DNA of 64,000 nt from Alphaproteobacteria bacterium. Lineage in GTDB: Bacteria; Pseudomonadota; Alphaproteobacteria; GCA-2731375. Positions within the stretch are counted from its first letter, which is position 1. Each line of letters begins with the position of its first letter. Shown here piece by piece: positions 42,041 through 51,170 of the stretch. The position numbers were made by a program, and so were the translations under genes. The notes beneath the pieces were generated by a model, which ran no database searches, was not told the origin of the DNA, and saw only the letters and a program-made list of their open reading frames with translations. The stretch spans positions 64,001 through 128,000 of the forward strand of contig CBDDBZ010000033.1 in the NCBI GenBank assembly GCA_965225945.1, read 5' to 3'.

Positions 42041-42209
42041 GATGTCCTCACGGGGACGACGGGTGGGGTGAGTTCGTAATGTCGGTAGACCCTGCCGCTG
42101 ACCGGCGGCAAGGACGCGCGAAAGATTGAACCGCCTCATCCTCTGATCCCATCATGAGGTGGCCACGCGCCAACCTCGAAGAGAAGCAAGAGCCCCGTGC
42201 GGCAACATC
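42041..42209 (+). ncRNA. Putative bridge/seek RNA of the IS110 element
   Basis: Closing stem CACGGGG/CCCCGTG and two internal loops carrying target-matching (AATGTCGG, GCGAAAG) and donor-matching (CCATC, AGAGAAG) segments. Confidence 0.8.
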
Positions 42210-42370
42210 CGCCAGTGCGGAACGACGTGAAGAAGGAATATGGCATGACGTAACCAGAAAGGGCTTGACCGAGGACGCGATAGAGAAGCCGACATTCGGT
42301 CCCGGTCGCACTTGCCCCCCTCCCCGCCAACGGGCAAGCTCGGCGAAACGAACTGGAGGAGGAAAACGCC

Positions 42371-43165
42371 ATGTCGCGCGCGGAGATCAACGGAACCACT
42401 ATTCACTACCACTTCGACGGCTCCGACGACGCGCCCGCCGTCATGCTGTCCAACTCGCTCGCCTCCAACCTTTCGATGTGGGACCACCAGGTGCCGGCGC
42501 TGCTGGAGGCCGGCTACCGGGTGCTGCGCTACGATAGCCGCGGCCACGGCCGCTCTTATGCGCCGGCGGGGCCCTATTCGATCGAGCTGCTGGGCCGCGA
42601 TGCGGTCGGCTTGATGGACGCTTGCGGGCTCGACCGGGTTCGTTTCTGCGGCCTCTCCAAGGGCGGCATGGTCGGCCAGTGGCTCGGCGCCAACGCCGGC
42701 GATCGGCTGATCTCGCTCGCGCTCTGCGATACCGCCTCGCACATGGAAGGCGGCGGCGATGCCTGGCAGCAGCGGATCGAGGCGGTCGAGGCGGGTGGCA
42801 TGGAAGCCGTCGTCGACGGCACCCTCGAGCGCTGGTTCACCAAGCCCGGAATGGCGCGACTGCCAGACGAGGTCGGCGCCGTCAGGGCGATGATCCTGGG
42901 CACGCCCGTCGTCGGCTTCCAGGCCTGCTGCATGGCCATCCGCGACATGGACCTGCGCCCGGGACTCGGGCGGATCACGACGCCGACGCTGGTCATCGTC
43001 GGCGAGGAGGATCCCGGCACTCCGGTCGAGAAGGCGCGGGAGATCCACCAGGGGATCGCCGGCTCGGAACTGGTGATTCTGCCGGACTGCGCGCATCTCT
43101 CGAACCTCGAACAGGCGCCCGCGTTCAACGAGGCCCTGCTCGGCTTCCTCGCCCGCCACGGATAG
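42371..43165 (+). CDS. pcaD: 3-oxoadipate enol-lactonase
   Basis: LSNSLAS...MWD.Q, RYDSRGHG, GLSKGG, AHLSNLEQ. Confidence 0.85.
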   Translation: MSRAEINGTTIHYHFDGSDDAPAVMLSNSLASNLSMWDHQVPALLEAGYRVLRYDSRGHGRSYAPAGPYSIELLGRDAVGLMDACGLDRVRFCGLSKGGMVGQWLGANAGDRLISLALCDTASHMEGGGDAWQQRIEAVEAGGMEAVVDGTLERWFTKPGMARLPDEVGAVRAMILGTPVVGFQACCMAIRDMDLRPGLGRITTPTLVIVGEEDPGTPVEKAREIHQGIAGSELVILPDCAHLSNLEQAPAFNEALLGFLARHG

Positions 43166-43228
43166 TCGCGAGATCGTCGCCGGGTCGCCCCAAGCCGCTC
43201 CGGCTCGCGCGACCTCTCGGGGCGAACC

Positions 43229-44749
43229 TCACGCGGGCGGCACCGGACGGCGCGCCAGGAACACCAGCGGCATCACCAGAAACGCGCAGGCGGCATAGGC
43301 GAGGTAGACGTTGGTATAGCCGATCAGGCTCGCCTGTCGGCCGATTTCGGCGCCGAGGCCGGCGAGGCCCCGGGGGCTGGAGAGGTCCCAGCCGCCGACG
43401 ATGGTCCCGTAAACCAGGTTCTCGTTGAAGGGGTTCAAGCTCTCCACCATCTCGGCATAATTGGTCCGGGCGCCGCGCACCACCAGCGAGGCGCTGATCG
43501 CGATATGGGCGCTGCTGCCGATGTTGCGCAGCAGATGGAAGACCGAGGCCGCCTCCGGTACGTCGCGCGGCGCCAGGGTCGCGAAGGTCACCACGGTGAT
43601 GGGCGACCACATCAGGCCGATACCGAAACCCTGCAACATCGTGGTCCAGGCCACCGCCCAGGTGGTCATGTTGACGTCGAAGCGCGACATCGCGTAGCCC
43701 GCCAAACCTTGCATGAAGAAGCCGATGAAGAGGTTGATCCGGGGGTCCAGCCTGCCCATGCCGAACAGGAGGGCGAAGCAGCCGAGCAGCAGCCCGATCC
43801 CCCGCACGCCCTGCAGGATGCCGATGGCGGAATCCGGATAGCCCCGCAGGTCCTGCAGCATCGGCGGCTGCAACACCAGGGTGGTGAAATAGAGCATGCC
43901 GAAGGCGAGGCCGAGGATGATGCCGACGGCATAGTTTCGGTCGCGGAACAGCCTGGGGTCGAGGAGCGGCCGGTCGGTGGTCAGCAGGTGGACCACGAAG
44001 AGGTAGAAGGCCCCCGCCGCGGCGAGCCCGAGGATCGAGATCGTCATCGAATCGAACCAATCCAGCCGCTCGCCCCAATCCAGCATCAACTGCAACGAGG
44101 AGACCGCGACCGCCAGCAGGATGAAGCCGGTCCAGTCGAACCGGCTGGCCGCCGGCGCCGCCGCTTCGTCCCTCACATGCGCCCAGACCGCAAGGAGGCC
44201 GAGCGCCGCGAGCGGCGAGACCATCAGGAAGACCCAGCGCCAAGAGAAATCCTCCGCCGCGTAGCCACCGACGATCGGCGCGACGATGGTGCCGGAGGTG
44301 ACGCCGATGCTCCAGAGCACGACCACCCGGCCGTGCCGTTCCTTGGGAAAGAGCCCGAGGATGATGGCTTGGCTGAGCGGAATGATCGGCGCCCCGGCGG
44401 CCCCCTGGATGGCTCGGTAGACCACCAGCTCCGGCAGCGAGGCGGCGATGCCGCAGAGCGTCGAGAAGACCCAGAAGACGAACATCGCCCAGAGCATCAC
44501 CCGCCTGCGGCCGAAGCGGCCGGCGAGCCAACCGCTCAAGGGCATCACGATCGCGGTGGCCAGCAGGTTGGCGGTCACCACCCAGGTGATCTGATCCTGG
44601 GTGGCGGCGAAGGTCCCCTGCATCTGTGGCATCGCCACGTTGACCGTGGTGATGGTGAGGACGTAGATCGCGACCGTGAAGGTGAGCGAGACGAGGACGG
44701 CGACCGGCCTCGGTCCGGCGGCCACGTCATCGCCTCGGGGCGCCGTCAT
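43229..44749 (-). CDS. DHA2/EmrB-family MFS efflux transporter
   Basis: NVAMPQMQG, GWLAGRFGRRR, DWGERLDWFDS, many TM helices. Confidence 0.9.
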   Translation of the reverse strand: MTAPRGDDVAAGPRPVAVLVSLTFTVAIYVLTITTVNVAMPQMQGTFAATQDQITWVVTANLLATAIVMPLSGWLAGRFGRRRVMLWAMFVFWVFSTLCGIAASLPELVVYRAIQGAAGAPIIPLSQAIILGLFPKERHGRVVVLWSIGVTSGTIVAPIVGGYAAEDFSWRWVFLMVSPLAALGLLAVWAHVRDEAAAPAASRFDWTGFILLAVAVSSLQLMLDWGERLDWFDSMTISILGLAAAGAFYLFVVHLLTTDRPLLDPRLFRDRNYAVGIILGLAFGMLYFTTLVLQPPMLQDLRGYPDSAIGILQGVRGIGLLLGCFALLFGMGRLDPRINLFIGFFMQGLAGYAMSRFDVNMTTWAVAWTTMLQGFGIGLMWSPITVVTFATLAPRDVPEAASVFHLLRNIGSSAHIAISASLVVRGARTNYAEMVESLNPFNENLVYGTIVGGWDLSSPRGLAGLGAEIGRQASLIGYTNVYLAYAACAFLVMPLVFLARRPVPPA

Positions 44750-44819
44750 GATCCCGTCCCGCGGGCTGGGCCGAAACGCTTCTCCGTCATCAATGCCGAG
44801 GCTCGGAACGCCCCCGAAA

Positions 44820-44931
44820 CGTCATCGCGAGCGAAGCGTCGCGATCCAGGGCGACCTCCCCAGCGTCGACCGTCGCGCGGGCTTGGACGCCGCCTGGATC
44901 GCCACGTTCGTTTCGCTCGCTCGCAATGACG
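44820..44931. repeat. Alphaproteobacterial palindromic intergenic repeat (GTCATxGCGAG...CTCGCAATGAC type)
   Basis: CGTCATCGCGAGCGAAGCG..GCGATCCAG and CTGGATCGC..CGCTCGCAATGACG arms form a long hairpin. Confidence 0.8.
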
Positions 44932-45031
44932 AGACTCTCTCGACGTCGCGAGCTCGGCTCGGAGATTCCGTATGGTCGGACGGTGCCCCAGCTTTCTCGC
45001 CCTCCTCTCACACCCCTGCAGATCCCGCTTG

Positions 45032-45110
45032 TCAGCCTTCGTCGAGGTCCGGGCTCGAATACTCGAGGCCGGAGTCGCACATCAAGGTAACGACGGTCGC
45101 GATCTTGGTG
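45032..45110 (-). pseudogene. C-terminal remnant of a PLP cysteine-synthase-family gene
   Basis: ATVVTLMCDSGLEYSSPDL resembles the VVTxxCDSGxKYLS tail. Confidence 0.55.
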
Positions 45111-45147
45111 TCGAAGCGCATGAACGCGAAGCCTTGTTTTGGTTGCT

Positions 45148-45876
45148 TTAGCTGAAGTGCATCGCGCCGTTGACGTCCAGTACCGCGCCGGAGACGTAGC
45201 TGGCCGCGGGCGAGACGAGGAAGGCGAGCGGGCCCGCCAATTCCTCCGCGCGGGCCATCCGGGCGAGCGGGAAGGCAGCGGGATCGAACGGCTCCCCTTG
45301 CGTCATCGCCGTCGCCACCGGGCCCGGCGCCACCGCGTTCACCAGGATGCCGTGCGGCGCGCCTCGCTTGGCGCCCCAGCGGACGAAGCCGTGAATCCCG
45401 CCCTTGGCCATGACGTAGTGCGGCGCCGCGCGCACCCCGCCGATGCGCCCGGCGATCGAGCCGACAAGCGCGAAGCGCCCGCCGCCGCGTTCCACCATCC
45501 CCGGCCAGAAGGCGCGGACGACGTTGATCGGTCCTTGCAGGTTGACCTCGAAGACCTTGTCGGCGACCGCGTCCCAGCCCTCGTCCCACCAATCGTCGAA
45601 GGGACAGATCGCGGCGCAGTCGACCACCGCGTCGACGGCGCCGGCGGATGCCGCCCAAGCCTCGACGGCGGCGCGATTCGTGATGTCGAGCACCGTCGCC
45701 TCCGCCTCGCCGCCACGCTCGCGCAGAAATTCGGCGAGCGGTGCCGGCGCCTCCAGATCCGCAAGGTGGACGGCGGCCCCCATCTCCGCCAGCAGCCGCG
45801 CCGTGGCCGAGCCGATGCCGCCGGCCGCGCCGGTGATCGCCACCCGAGTGCCCGTCATGTCGAATGCCGTCGCCAT
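45148..45876 (-). CDS. SDR family oxidoreductase
   Basis: TGAAGGIG, YVMAK, NAVAPG, LDVNG; RBS GAGGAG. Confidence 0.9.
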   Translation of the reverse strand: MATAFDMTGTRVAITGAAGGIGSATARLLAEMGAAVHLADLEAPAPLAEFLRERGGEAEATVLDITNRAAVEAWAASAGAVDAVVDCAAICPFDDWWDEGWDAVADKVFEVNLQGPINVVRAFWPGMVERGGGRFALVGSIAGRIGGVRAAPHYVMAKGGIHGFVRWGAKRGAPHGILVNAVAPGPVATAMTQGEPFDPAAFPLARMARAEELAGPLAFLVSPAASYVSGAVLDVNGAMHFS

Positions 45877-45902
45877 CGCTCCTCCTCGCGCGTGAAGCGC
45901 GC

Positions 45903-46050
45903 CTATTGCAGTATCCGCGCTACCTTGCGGGCGAGTTCGTCCGGATCGAACGGTTTGCCGATCAGGATCGCGTCGACCGCCGCGTCGTGTCTCTGTAGCA
46001 TGTCGGCGGCGGTGCCGGACATGTAGGCGATCTTGAGATCGGGTCGGTCG
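45903..46050 (-). pseudogene. Remnant of a response-regulator receiver domain
   Basis: RPDLKIAYMSG...LIGKPFDPDELARKVARIL then stop; no N-terminal half. Confidence 0.6.
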
Positions 46051-46166
46051 AGTTCGCCCCACGCTGCCGGTCCCGCCAGCTGGTCGTTCGGGCTATGACG
46101 GCGTTATGCTCCCTCGCGCGGGGCCGTGTCGAATTGACGGGCGCCCGGGAGCGCGGAGGTGAGACG

Positions 46167-47127
46167 ATGACGACAGCGGCCCCGCCGGCGAGCGCGAACA
46201 TCGCCAATACGGATCAGTTCGAATACTGGAACGGCGAGACGTCCGAAAAGTGGGTCACGCATCGCGACGTCCTCGACGCCAGCTTGGCGGAAATGGCGGA
46301 TTTGCTGTTGCGCGCCGCCGACCCGCGCGTTGCTGAGCGGGTGATCGACATCGGCTGCGGCACCGGCGCCACCAGCCGCCGCCTCGCCGAAAGGGTGGCG
46401 CCCGGCGGCGAGGTCGTGGCGCTCGACCTCTCGGGCCCGATGCTGGAGCTCGCCCGGACAGAGCCCCGGGAGAACCTGAGCTTCCTCCAGGCGGACGCCC
46501 AGAGCTTCGCTTTCGCGCGCGGGGCCGCCGACCTCGGTTTCGCGCGCGGGGCCGCCGACCCGCTTTCGCGCGCGACCTCGCGACCTCGGCGCGACCTCGG
46601 TTTCGCGCGCGGGGCCGCCGACCTCGGTTTCGCGCTTCGGCGTGATGTTCTTCGCCGACGCGATCGCCGCCTTCGCCAACATTCGCGCCGGCCTGCGCGC
46701 CGGCGGGCGTTTCGCCTTCGTCTGCTGGGCGCCGCTCCGGGACAATCCCTGGTTCTTCGAACCGCTCGAAATCGTCGCCCGGCGGCTCGGACAGCCGACG
46801 CCGCCCGAGCCCGGCGCGCCCGGCCCGTTCAGCCTCGCGGAGTGCGACTACGTCGCCGAGCTTCTCTGCGAGGCGGGCTTCGCGAGTGTCGAGGTCGAAG
46901 CCGTCGCGACGCGGATGGGCGGACAAGAGGATGGCGAGACGGCGGCGCGGTTCGCTTGCCGAATGGGGCCGGCCTCGAGGCTGCTTCTGGAACGCGAGCC
47001 GGACGCGGCCACGCTTGCTGCGATCGTCGCCGAGATCGCGGCGAAATTTCGGTCCTATCAAACGGCCGAGGGCATCGTCTTGCCGGCCCTGGTCAACCTC
47101 GCCACGGCGGTCAATCCCGGCGCGTGA
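46167..47127 (+). CDS. Class I SAM methyltransferase, frameshifted by scrambled duplication 46510-46635
   Basis: QFEYWNG, VIDIGCGTG, QADA; FGVMFF..PGPFSL continues in another frame. Confidence 0.82.
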
Positions 47128-47155
47128 GCCTACGTTCACGAGCGCGGCAGCAATT

Positions 47156-48952
47156 CTATTCCGGTACGCCCGCCTTCCGCAGGCCATCGAGCAAGCTCTT
47201 CAAAGGGGTTTCGTGCACGCCGACGAAACGGTCGCGGATGAAGCTGATCGAGAGCGCCGGTTCGAGCTGTATGGCTTTTTCGACCGCCGTCCGCGCCGCG
47301 CTTTTTTGCCCAGCCTCCGCCAACGCGGCGGCGAGATGCATGTAAGGCAAGAAGCCGGCGTCGGGGAACTGACAGGCCTGCTGGCAATGTGCGATGCATC
47401 GTGGCGCCCGAGAGCACGTAGCGCCGAACCTTTGAGCATGAGTGTCATCCAGCGCAAAGGATCGCGCGGGCTGAGCCGAAGCGCGGTATCGTAATGTGGG
47501 AGGGCTTGTTCCGCATGGCCGGCGCCATGATAACGGGCCCAACCGAGGCCAAAAATGTCCCCGGGCGAAGTTGGGATTGATCGCAATCGCGGTCTGCATT
47601 TCGCCAATCGCCATTTCGACTTCACCGGTTAAGACCATTTCGACTTCACCGGTTAAGACATGCACCCGCCCCAAGGCGTAATGCGCCACCGGTTCGTTCG
47701 GATCGAGAGATACCGCCTGTTCGGCCGCCGCTCGCGCTGACGCCGTGGCTTTCGCCCTATCCTCGGCGTAGCCCAACATCACCGAATTCCAGAGAGCAAA
47801 AGCGAGGTGGGCATGGGCCGCCGCGAATTCCGGGTCCAGTGCGATCGCTTCCCGGAATAGGCGTATGGCCTCGGTGTGGTCGGCCTTATTGAAGCGATAT
47901 AAATGCGACAGGCCGCGTTGCAGAAGCTCCCAGGCATCGAGGTTTTCCGGCGGCTTGCGCCGGGCGCGCTCACGCTCTCGCACCCCGATCTCCGGCTCGA
48001 CCGCGACCACGATCTGCTCGGTGATCTGGTCCTGCAAATCGAAGACGTCATCCAGCGCGCCGTCGAAGCGATCGGCCCAGAGGTGGGTGCCGCTGGTCGC
48101 ATCGATCAACTGCGCGGTGATACGCACGCGGTTACCCGCCTTACGTACGCTACCTTCGACGACGTAACGGACTCCCAGTTCGCCGGCCACCTGGGTGATA
48201 TTGATGGCGCTGCCCTTGTAGGTGAAGGAGGAATTGCGGGCGATCACGAACAGCGAGCGGAAGCGCGAGAGCGCGGTGATGACATCCTCGGCGATGCCCT
48301 CGGCAAAATACTCTTGGCCCGGATCATCCGACATGTTGTCGAACGGCAGCACGGCGATCGAGGGCTTGTCGGGCAACGGCAATGCGTCATCGCCGACGGT
48401 TTCCGCCACGGCGGCAGTGGACGTTTGCGTGGGAGACCAACGCCAGACCCGGACCGGCTTGGCGATGTTCTTCACCTCGTGGCTGCCGTCGTCGACGAAT
48501 TGGCTGTCGATCTTGCCCTGCACCTGCTCATGAACGTTGCCCGAGATGGCGATACTGCCGGGCTCGGCAAGCGCCTCCAGACGCGCCGCGACATTGACGC
48601 CATCGCCATGGATGTCGTCGCCGTCGATGATGATGTCGCCGAGGTTGATACCCACTCGAAACAGCATCCGGCGATCCTCGGGCGTCGCGGCGTTTCGTTC
48701 CGCCATGGCCCGTTGGACCTCGACACAGCATCCGACGGCGTCCAGAACACTGGCGAATTCCAACAGGATCCCGTCGCCGGTGGACTTGACGATCCGCCCC
48801 CGGTGCTCGGCGACCTTGGGATCGACCAGTTCGCGCCGATGCGCCTTCAGCGCCGCCAGCGTGCCCTCCTCGTCCGCGCCCATGAGGCGCGAATAGCCTG
48901 CCACGTCGGCGGAGACGATGGCGGCTAATCGGCGTCGTGTGGCCTCGGACAT
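47156..48952 (-). CDS. Class III adenylate/guanylate cyclase with TolB-like and TPR domains; 3' part has compensating indels
   Basis: RRLAAIVSADVAGYSRLM, GDG, GDGVNVAARLE, PDKPSIAVLPF; 24-bp duplication 47611-47658. Confidence 0.9.
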   Translation of the reverse strand: MSEATRRRLAAIVSADVAGYSRLMGADEEGTLAALKAHRRELVDPKVAEHRGRIVKSTGDGILLEFASVLDAVGCCVEVQRAMAERNAATPEDRRMLFRVGINLGDIIIDGDDIHGDGVNVAARLEALAEPGSIAISGNVHEQVQGKIDSQFVDDGSHEVKNIAKPVRVWRWSPTQTSTAAVAETVGDDALPLPDKPSIAVLPFDNMSDDPGQEYFAEGIAEDVITALSRFRSLFVIARNSSFTYKGSAINITQVAGELGVRYVVEGSVRKAGNRVRITAQLIDATSGTHLWADRFDGALDDVFDLQDQITEQIVVAVEPEIGVRERERARRKPPENLDAWELLQRGLSHLYRFNKADHTEAIRLFREAIALDPEFAAAHAHLAFALWNSVMLGYAEDRAKATASARAAAEQAVSLDPNEPVAHYALGRVHVLTGEVEMVLTGEVEMAIGEMQTAIAINPNFARGHFWPRLGPLSWRRPCGTSPPTLRYRASAQPARSFALDDTHAQRFGATCSRAPRCIAHCQQACQFPDAGFLPYMHLAAALAEAGQKSAARTAVEKAIQLEPALSISFIRDRFVGVHETPLKSLLDGLRKAGVPE

Positions 48953-49003
48953 GGCGCCAGTGTAGCCAAGGCGCCGGCGACCGGGAATAGCGGGCGGGCA
49001 CGT

Positions 49004-49468
49004 TCATGCGCCGCCGGCTTCCGCCTTCTTCTCCCAGCCGCCCATTTCGGACTGCTGCCAGTAGGTGAGCGGGTAGCCGGCGTCGCGGTAGTCGCGCCAA
49101 CGTTCCCTGGCCGCCTGGACCGCCGCCTCGTCACGGCCGTCGAACAGGTCGAGCGCGCGGGCGAATGTCTCGACGAAGCCCGGGCGCAGCCCATCGACGA
49201 CGACGAGGACATCCGCCCCGTTCGGGTTTTCTTCCGCAGTCGTCAGGTAGATCGGCTGGCGCTCGGGGCTGCCGGCGCGGGCCGAGCCGTGGGGCAACCA
49301 GGAGCCCGGATCATAGGTCCAGAGCATGGCGTCGAGCGCTTCCAGCCGCTCGGGCGAGCCGGTCAGCAGAACCGTCCTGTGGCCGCGCTCGACGATCTTC
49401 TCCAAGAGCCGCGGCAGCGCCTGCTCCAAGGCCACGCGCCGCAGGTGATAGAAGGCGATCTCGGTCAT
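49004..49468 (-). CDS. holC: DNA polymerase III subunit chi
   Basis: MTEIAFYHL, LWTY..SWLPHG, ARERWR, YWQQ; overlaps the pepA stop. Confidence 0.93.
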   Translation of the reverse strand: MTEIAFYHLRRVALEQALPRLLEKIVERGHRTVLLTGSPERLEALDAMLWTYDPGSWLPHGSARAGSPERQPIYLTTAEENPNGADVLVVVDGLRPGFVETFARALDLFDGRDEAAVQAARERWRDYRDAGYPLTYWQQSEMGGWEKKAEAGGA

Positions 49469-50955
49469 TTGGCCTCGTAGTTGTCGCGGACCAGGCGGTC
49501 GAGGGCGCGCACGCCCCAGCCGGTGCCACCCTTGGGCACGGTGGGCTTTCCGCTCTTTGCCCAGGCGACGCCGGCGATGTCGAGATGGGCCCAGGGCACG
49601 TCGCCGACGAAGCGTTGCAGGAACTGCGCCGCCGTGATGCTGCCCGCCGAGCGGCCGCCGACGTTCATCATGTCGGCGATGTCGGAGTTGATCTGCTTGT
49701 CGTAGGCCTCGCCCAGCGGCAGCCGCCAGATCCCCTCGCCTTCCGCCTTGCCGGCGGCCGTCAGTCGCTCGGCCAGTTCGTCGTCGTTGCCGAAGAGGCC
49801 GGCGTATTCGTGGCCCAGCGCGGTGATCATGGCGCCGGTCAGCGTCGCGAGATCGACCATGAAACGGGGCTTGAAGCGCTCCTTCACGTACCAGAGCGCA
49901 TCGGCGAGGACGAGCCGGCCCTCGGCGTCGGTGTTGATCACCTCGATGGTCTGGCCCGACATGGAAGTAACGACGTCGCCCGGGCGCTGCGCGGTGCCCG
50001 AGGGCATGTTCTCCACCAAGCCGATGACGCCGACGGCGTTGAGCTTGGCCTTGCGGCCGGCGAGCGCGCGCATCAGGCCGGTCACCGTGCCGGCGCCACC
50101 CATGTCCCACTTCATCTGTTCCATGCCGCCCGCGGGCTTGATCGAGATGCCGCCGGTGTCGAAGCAAACCCCCTTGCCGATAAAAGCCACCGGCTTGGCC
50201 TGCCGAGGCCCGCCGTTCCAGCGCATGACCACCAGCCGGCTCGCCCGCTCGCTGCCCTGGCCGACACCCAGTAGCGCGCCCATGGCGAGCTTCTCCATCC
50301 GCGCTTCGCCCAGCACCTCGACCTCGAGCCCGTGATTCCTCAGCTTGCGACATTGGGCGGCGAAGCTCTCGGGATAGAGCACGTTGGCCGGCTCCGAGAC
50401 CAGATCGCGGGTCAGGAACACGCCGTCCGCGACCGCGTCGAGCGGTGCGAAGGCACGCCGGGCCGCCGCCGCGCCCTTGGCGGCGATCACCACGCGCGCG
50501 AGGGTCGGCTTGTCGGTGGGTTTTTGCTTGGTCCGATACTTGTCGAAGCGATAGCCGCCGAGACGGGCGCCATAGCCGATTCGGGCCGCCACCTCCTTGG
50601 CATCGAGGGCGGAATGCCTGAGATCCTCGGCCAGGATCACCAGCGCCTTCTCGCCACTGGTGGCGAGCTTGCCGACGGCGCCGCCACCGACCGCCTCCAC
50701 GGCCAGCGCCTTCACCTCGCTCGGCTTGCCGAGGCCGGCGACCAGGACCCGATTGATGCCGGCCCCCGGGGCCAGCAGCTCGAGCCAACTCCCCTTGCCG
50801 GCCTTGAACGCGACCGCCTTGACGGCGCGAGCGATCGCCCCGCCCAGCGCGGCGTCGAGCGCGCCGCCGTTCGCCAACAGCTTGCCCCCCTCCCCCGCCA
50901 GGACGACGACCGCGCCTCCCTTGACCTGCCTCGGCTCGCTGAACGAGATCTTCAT
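49465..50955 (-). CDS. pepA: Leucyl aminopeptidase
   Basis: GKGVCFDTGG, MKWDMGG, NTDAEGRL, DLATLTGA, HLDIAG. Confidence 0.96.
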   Translation of the reverse strand: MKISFSEPRQVKGGAVVVLAGEGGKLLANGGALDAALGGAIARAVKAVAFKAGKGSWLELLAPGAGINRVLVAGLGKPSEVKALAVEAVGGGAVGKLATSGEKALVILAEDLRHSALDAKEVAARIGYGARLGGYRFDKYRTKQKPTDKPTLARVVIAAKGAAAARRAFAPLDAVADGVFLTRDLVSEPANVLYPESFAAQCRKLRNHGLEVEVLGEARMEKLAMGALLGVGQGSERASRLVVMRWNGGPRQAKPVAFIGKGVCFDTGGISIKPAGGMEQMKWDMGGAGTVTGLMRALAGRKAKLNAVGVIGLVENMPSGTAQRPGDVVTSMSGQTIEVINTDAEGRLVLADALWYVKERFKPRFMVDLATLTGAMITALGHEYAGLFGNDDELAERLTAAGKAEGEGIWRLPLGEAYDKQINSDIADMMNVGGRSAGSITAAQFLQRFVGDVPWAHLDIAGVAWAKSGKPTVPKGGTGWGVRALDRLVRDNYEAK

Positions 50956-51170
50956 CGTCTACCCTCCAAGCCCCGCGTCCCGTCCCCGACCATTAGAGCA
51001 TGACGCCGCGCCATCTTAACCGGGGAGGGCGCGATGGAAATAGTCGGAGGCGAGAGATCCCTGGCCTCGACGCCGCCAGCCTTCTATACGGGGGGCCGAG
51101 CGGCTATTCTCCGCCGTCCCGCCGAGTGGAGGCGGCGGGACGACGCTCGACGCAAGAGCCCGAGGGATCG

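Larger units (their letters stand above)
40830..42288 (+). mobile_element. IS110 family (IS1111-type) element
   Basis: AAG core at 40827-40829 and 42286-42288; short subterminal IRs TATCGCG/CGCGATA; long 3' non-coding end. Confidence 0.85.

Noticed and set aside
40828-42284. Alternative AGA core for the IS110 ends
   Set aside because: It gives a neat promoter spacing, but the RNA guide matches (GCGAAAG, CCGACATT, AGAGAAG) and the second target-like site at 39735 fit the AAG core better.
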